A DNA stretch of 64,000 bases, from the NCBI GenBank assembly GCA_001567365.1, contig JZEL01000029.1, positions 17,525 through 81,524 of the forward strand, read 5' to 3'. Source of the stretch: Parcubacteria bacterium OLB19. Lineage in GTDB: Bacteria > Patescibacteriota > Minisyncoccia > Phycocordibacterales > UBA918. Made by a program: the position numbers and the translations under genes. Under the pieces are notes generated by a model. It made no database searches, was not told the origin of the DNA, and saw only the letters and a list, made by a program, of their open reading frames with translations. Of the stretch, positions 59,175 through 64,000 are shown piece after piece (within the stretch, counting starts at the first letter, position 1; every line of letters begins with the position of its first letter).

Positions 59175-61165
59175 TTAACCACTATCCTCCTTTAACAAAC
59201 ATGTATAAGACTCTCTTTTAGTTAGTGGTTTAAATTCTCTCCCCGTGCCGGTGATAAACTTACCAAAGAACTCTACAAACTGCAAACGAGCACTATGAAT
59301 GAAAGAACCTAATGTATTAATCACTAGAGTAAACACATGTCCAACAATTAATACGAAAACTGCCAACACTGCACCGATATAAGGAATCATTTCATAAACA
59401 ATTCCCGCAATCAAATTAACGGCAAAAGCTAGAGCGCTTGTGGCTAGACCCAAAGCCAAAAGTCGAGAATAAGATAAGATATCAGATAGATAATTAATAC
59501 TATTGTACACACTAAGTAGACTCATCTGCACTTTACCCAAGATAGTTTTACCTGTACGACCACTAGCCAAAATTACAAAAGCTATCGCAAGATAAATCAG
59601 TGTCACTATTCGTTCTTCGTTAAATGGTAGAAATCCGAAAGTAGTAGCACCATAAACTATAAGTAAAGTAAATAATAGAAGCCAAGGACCTTGATCCAAA
59701 AGACCATTTACTAATTGTCCATTTTTAGACTCACTTACAATCTTTAAAATCATACCTACCATTACCTGTAACACACCTAGAGACAGAGCTAGATAGAAAA
59801 CCGGTAGAGGATTTCCAATTGGATCAAAAGCTTGAAGGTCTTGCAAAAACTTTGGCATCTCACTCATATTTACACCAAAGTATCCACCAAAAAACATACC
59901 GATAACAACCGTTGAAAGACCCAATAGGAAAATCAACTGGCTAAACTGTTTCGCTATTTTTGAAACCTTAAAATAAAACAAGAAAGGTAAAGCCATCAAC
60001 ATCAACAAAGCGCCGTACCCTACATCTGTTAAACAAAGACCAAAGAAGACAAAGAAGAAGACTGCCATAAACGGAGTAGGATCAATATCCTTATGTCCCG
60101 GTAAACCATTCAAACGAGTAATAATTTCGAATGGTTGAATGAGTTTATGATTTCTTATTTCAACTGGTGGAATTTCATTTTCAGCTAAGGATATTTCTGC
60201 CAAGTCATACAACACACCTTCCTCAGTAATTTTCTTTTCGAAAAGTGGTAAATTACTTTTATCAGCCCAGCCCTCAAAAACAGTTATATGTTTTGTATTT
60301 TTTACCAAACCACCAACCAGCTCACGATCACAATCCCAAACTAAGGCATCATGCGCGATTTTAATTTTTTCTAAATAATTTGTCGCAAACAAAATCAATT
60401 TACTTTTAGTTTCTGCAAGAGCACTTTCTACTTCTGCTATTCTCTTATTTAGATACTCGATTTCATCTACCGTTCTTTTTGTATAACCAACCAAATTAAT
60501 AACTTCACCTCCTAATGATTTTATGATTTGCAAAACAAGATTGTTGTCAGTACCTACTGGAACGGTTACACTAAAATACTGATTACCAACATCCTCAACA
60601 TAAGATTCGATAGCTTCCTTACCAAAAGATGCATTTATTTGCTCTGACAGGGTTAGATTCTGATTTTCTATTTTTTTTGACATTTTTGATTCTAAATAGA
60701 AAAGTCGAAGTGTAGTTCGTCTTCAGCAATCCCAAAGACACGCTCAGATCTTTCCATGGAAGCAACGTTGCTTTTTTTTTCATTTAAAGCAGATAGTTCC
60801 GCTATAGTGTTATTAAATCCGATTTCCAAAACACTCAAATCTTGTAAGACAGTCTCAAGATCGGATTTATTCAAAATTTTTTCACCAAGATTACCTTCAG
60901 AAACACTAATTAATGACCCTTTCTTTAACTTAGCAAAAGTACCTAACTTTTCTTCATAATTACTGAGAAAAGTAATTGCCTGCTTTACTTTTATTAACTT
61001 ATCAGTATTTTCACTCGAAGATATATTTGATTCAGTTAAAAATCCATCAACCTCATCGATTTTCTTAAACTCAATAGCGCCAATTTTTTGCGCTGTTTCC
61101 AGCATTTTCGCCACATCTTGACGATAAACAAAAAGACGAACTTTGGTAATAGGTACTATGGCCAT
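59175..61165 (-). CDS. atpI: A/V-type ATP synthase subunit I (a subunit), split into two ORFs at a T8/A8 homopolymer (~60671-60680)
   Basis: 60692..61165 encodes the N-terminal cytoplasmic part (MAIVPITKVRLFV…). 59175..60683 encodes the rest, including the membrane domain with the RLLALGLATS region. 157 + 502 aa gives a canonical ~660-aa subunit I. Confidence 0.75.
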
Positions 61166-61168
61166 AAA

Positions 61169-61468
61169 TTATTTAAAACTGGAGACAATTTGCTTAACCA
61201 AAGACTCTTTGCGCTTCTTGGCTTCCTGAACAAAGGTGCTTAGCTGTTCGGTTCTTTTTTTATTTTCAGTTTCGATATTTGATTTAAGTTTATTTTCAAA
61301 ATCCACTAAATCTGCCTTTAGTTTAGTTTCACCATCGCTTTTGGTATCTTTAATATTATTATCTTGCTTTACCAAAGCATCAGCTATCATTTGCTTAGCT
61401 TTTTCCTTAGCTGTAGTTATTCTTAAATCAGCCTCTTTCTCCGCTTCCAAAATCGTATTAAATGACAT
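61169..61468 (-). CDS. atpH: A/V-type ATP synthase subunit H/G-like (small coiled-coil stalk subunit)
   Basis: 99-aa charged helical protein at the 5' end of the operon. Confidence 0.5.
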   Translation of the reverse strand: MSFNTILEAEKEADLRITTAKEKAKQMIADALVKQDNNIKDTKSDGETKLKADLVDFENKLKSNIETENKKRTEQLSTFVQEAKKRKESLVKQIVSSFK

Positions 61469-61755
61469 GTTAGGTATTATTTTCTTATCGAAACCGTAAT
61501 GTGACTCTTACAAAACCCTATAAAAAAAGCCGAAAATTACAGTGCGGATATCTTACTATCTAACAATATATAGTCAAGTTGAAGTTGGGGATATACTTTT
61601 AATTTATGATTTCCTTAATCCTTATACGTTTTTAAAGTGATAAACCCTGTAATTTAACCCCTTTTAAAACACCCTGTAAGAAAGTGTGTCTTTATACGTC
61701 TATGCGATTACCACTAAGTTTTTAGTGTTTTTTAACTACGAAAGGAGGATTAGGA

Positions 61756-62337
61756 TTGTCTTCTAGTCTAACCAGGTTGTTAATGTTCCTTATTTTGGCG
61801 ACCATAATCGTATTTAACCTCAAACCAACCAGAGAATTTCATTTATTCTCCAAAACAGAGGTTTTATGGGAACCAAATCAAGATCATAATAGTGAAAATT
61901 GGCTTATTATATGGCTAAATTCTGCCACTTTTGATCGCAAACCAACACATCATGAAGTCTGGGAAGAAGAAGTTGATTATTTTAAGCAAAATTTTACTAC
62001 CTCAAATCAAAGTGATTCGATGATAAGATGGCTTAAAAACACCTTTCCAAAAGCTCCATACATGATCTATATCGCTGACTGTGAATCAACCGGTTTAATT
62101 CACCGTAAAAACGGTAAGTTACGACCAAACACTAGCGGTGACAGTAGTCTTGGCGTCCTACAAATAAACATGAGGGCTCATGGGGCAGAGATAAAAAAAC
62201 AAGGCCTCGATATAGAAAGAGACAAAGACTATTTCGCTTTTGCTCGAATCTTGTTTACTGAAAAAGGAATCGACCCTTGGAATTCTTCAAGACATTGTTG
62301 GGATGAACATTATCAACGTATTATAAGTCGTATTTAA
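61756..62337 (+). CDS. Rpf-like transglycosylase-domain protein (N-terminal TM anchor)
   Basis: IADCESTG…GDSSLGVLQIN…GIDPWNSSRHCW matches the transglycosylase-like/Rpf domain (CESGG…GLFQ…W…C). Confidence 0.55.
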   Translation: MSSSLTRLLMFLILATIIVFNLKPTREFHLFSKTEVLWEPNQDHNSENWLIIWLNSATFDRKPTHHEVWEEEVDYFKQNFTTSNQSDSMIRWLKNTFPKAPYMIYIADCESTGLIHRKNGKLRPNTSGDSSLGVLQINMRAHGAEIKKQGLDIERDKDYFAFARILFTEKGIDPWNSSRHCWDEHYQRIISRI

Positions 62338-62360
62338 GTAATTTTGTTCTTTTATTGAAT

Positions 62361-62397
62361 CACGCTGTTTCCCTCGGGAACAGCGTGTTTTTTTATT
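62361..62397. terminator. rho-independent terminator (cacgctgtttcc-ctcg-ggaaacagcgtg + T7)
   Basis: Hairpin plus T-tract after the Rpf-like gene. Confidence 0.6.
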
Positions 62398-62415
62398 CTT
62401 TGAAATTTGTTTGTT

Positions 62416-62444
62416 TTGACAGTAACCTTTATTAATGTTACTAT
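62416..62444 (+). promoter_or_regulatory. sigma70-like promoter TTGACA-N17-TACTAT with ~130-nt 5' leader for the DEAD-box helicase
   Basis: Exact -35 consensus, 17-nt spacer, 4/6 -10. Read directly from the sequence. Confidence 0.4.
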
Positions 62445-62576
62445 AGCATTACCTTGAGATTCTAGTGTAGGGCTCTTGAGCCACCATTGGCATAGAAATC
62501 TTCTATACCAAAACGGATTACTATCTGCACACCTACCGAGACTTATTTTAGTCTCAGTCTAAATAAACAAATAATA

Positions 62577-63944
62577 ATGTATAAAACAAATAGCCGACCA
62601 ACACGGTCGACCTCTACTAATAGCCGTCCAAAACGAGCTTTTTCTTCAGATAGCAGTAGCGAATCGAGATCACCTCGTCGCTCCTTTTCTCGTCCTACAG
62701 GTAACGGGTCTTTTAGCCGATCTCCAAGATCTGCCTCTTTTGGTGGATTTTCAAGAGGAGGTAGTTCACGCCGACAATTTTCAAGTAGTGGTTCAAGAGG
62801 CGGAAATGGTGGTGGACGCCGTGGCGGTAGACAATTATCTACCTTCGATGTTTCAAAATACATAAACTTAAATCCAGTAGCAGCAAAAACGGAAGTCTAT
62901 GAAACTAAGCATAAATTTTCTGATTTTAAATTAGAGAAAAATCTAACAGAAGCAATTGCTGCAGCTGGTTTAGAAACCCCTAGTCCAATTCAGGATCAAG
63001 TTATTCCTTTGATTCTAGAAGGTAATGATGTTATTGGATTAGCTCAAACCGGTACTGGAAAAACAGCAGCTTTTCTTATTCCTACTATTCAAAAAACACT
63101 GAAGCAAAGAGGATACTTAACTCTTATTCTTACCCCTACTCGTGAATTAGCTATTCAAATCGAACAAGAATTAAAAAAACTCACACCCAAAATGGGAATT
63201 TATTCTACTGTCTGTGTAGGTGGCATGAATATCATGCCTCAAATTCGTGGCCTTCGTCGTCGTAATCATTTTATTATTGGTACACCAGGACGTGTACAAG
63301 ATTTGATTGATCGTGGGCACATAAAGCCAGGAGCTATCACTCACGTGATTCTAGACGAAGCTGATCGAATGTTAGACATGGGCTTTATTCATGACATTAA
63401 ACAAATCCTGAAGGATATTCCTGACGAACGAGAAACTCTATTCTTCTCTGCCACCATGTCTAAAAGTATTGAAGGTTTAGTTCATGATTTCCTTCGCAAC
63501 CCTATCACAATATCAGTGCGAAAAGCTGACATAACAAACAGTATCACTCAAGATGTTGTACGTTATGAACATCACTCTAAATTTGAGACTTTGGTTTCTC
63601 TTCTAAAAGAGCCGGCTTTTGAACGAGTTATTATCTTCGGTGCCATGAAACATAGCGTGGAGAAATTAAGTCAAGAATTAATCCATGCTGGCGTTACAGC
63701 CGACGCTATTCACGGCAACAAGTCACACGGGCAACGTCAAAGAGCCTTAAAACGTTTTAAAGACGGACAAATAAAGGTGTTGGTAGCCACCGACGTAGCT
63801 GCTCGTGGTATTCACATTGATGATGTGTCACACGTAATAAACTATGACTTACCTAGCACCTATGAAGATTATGTACACCGCATTGGTCGTACTGGACGTG
63901 GTAGCAAGCGTGGTCAAGCTCTGACTTTCGTCCCAAATAAATAA
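62577..63944 (+). CDS. DEAD-box ATP-dependent RNA helicase with ~95-aa N-terminal Arg/Ser/Gly-rich disordered region
   Basis: Q motif (F..L), Walker A AQTGTGKT, PTRELA, DEAD (DEADRM), SAT, HRIGRTGR. Confidence 0.9.
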   Translation: MYKTNSRPTRSTSTNSRPKRAFSSDSSSESRSPRRSFSRPTGNGSFSRSPRSASFGGFSRGGSSRRQFSSSGSRGGNGGGRRGGRQLSTFDVSKYINLNPVAAKTEVYETKHKFSDFKLEKNLTEAIAAAGLETPSPIQDQVIPLILEGNDVIGLAQTGTGKTAAFLIPTIQKTLKQRGYLTLILTPTRELAIQIEQELKKLTPKMGIYSTVCVGGMNIMPQIRGLRRRNHFIIGTPGRVQDLIDRGHIKPGAITHVILDEADRMLDMGFIHDIKQILKDIPDERETLFFSATMSKSIEGLVHDFLRNPITISVRKADITNSITQDVVRYEHHSKFETLVSLLKEPAFERVIIFGAMKHSVEKLSQELIHAGVTADAIHGNKSHGQRQRALKRFKDGQIKVLVATDVAARGIHIDDVSHVINYDLPSTYEDYVHRIGRTGRGSKRGQALTFVPNK

Positions 63945-64000
63945 AACCTGTTATAATTAGACCGATATGCAAGCAGTTTTGTTAGCCATCGGTCTTTTTA

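Noticed and set aside
62543-62863. 106-aa minus-strand ORF rich in Pro/Arg/Leu overlapping the 5' end of the DEAD-box helicase gene
   Set aside because: It is the antisense reading of the helicase's Arg/Ser/Gly-rich repeat region. It has no start context or motif, while the plus-strand ORF continues into an unambiguous DEAD-box core.
1-64000. CRISPR arrays or rRNA genes
   Set aside because: No regularly spaced direct repeats and no rRNA-like conserved stretches were seen. The only tRNA detected is the split tRNA-Asn.

Overview
AT-rich (roughly mid-30s % GC by eye) bacterial chromosomal segment. Gene content and organisation suggest a small-genome, possibly Patescibacteria/CPR-like organism; that is inference only. 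Coding density is high and most genes are on the minus strand.

Supportable content, in order along the window:
- sppA, mltG.
- Two paralogous Gly/Tyr-rich small lipoproteins.
- A partial dcw cluster (mraZ-rsmH-ftsL-ftsI-murF).
- lysS with a C-terminal extra domain.
- greA.
- mrdA-mreD-mreC-mreB.
- proS, rseP, frr and a holB-like gene.
- A minus-strand operon (19.4-27.5 kb) that couples a second MreB paralog to a VirB4/HerA-like P-loop ATPase, a 763-aa coiled-coil/TM/LysM envelope protein and low-complexity proteins. This is the candidate novel system.
- An HTH(XRE)-MurA fusion preceded by a perfect 20-bp palindrome.
- A priA-like gene with degenerate helicase motifs, then def, fmt and hpf.
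- A tRNA-Asn(GUU) split by a ~586-nt group I-like intron that carries an HNH endonuclease ORF.
- An IS481-like transposase remnant and a small accessory region.
- A CDF transporter pseudogene, a MATE exporter, mutM and ung.
- A flavinylation cassette (FMN-binding secreted protein + ApbE, with a membrane FNR-fusion oxidoreductase immediately upstream).
- A DUF3800 protein plus a large gamma-class N6-adenine methyltransferase (defence-island-like).
- A complete A/V-type ATPase operon in archaeal gene order (H-I-K-E-C-F-A-B-D).
- An Rpf-like transglycosylase and a DEAD-box helicase.

At least 10 genes are interrupted exactly at A/T homopolymer runs, which points to uncorrected sequencing indels rather than biology. 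My own coordinate reading occasionally differs by 1 nt from the ORF track, so non-ORF coordinates are +/-2 nt.
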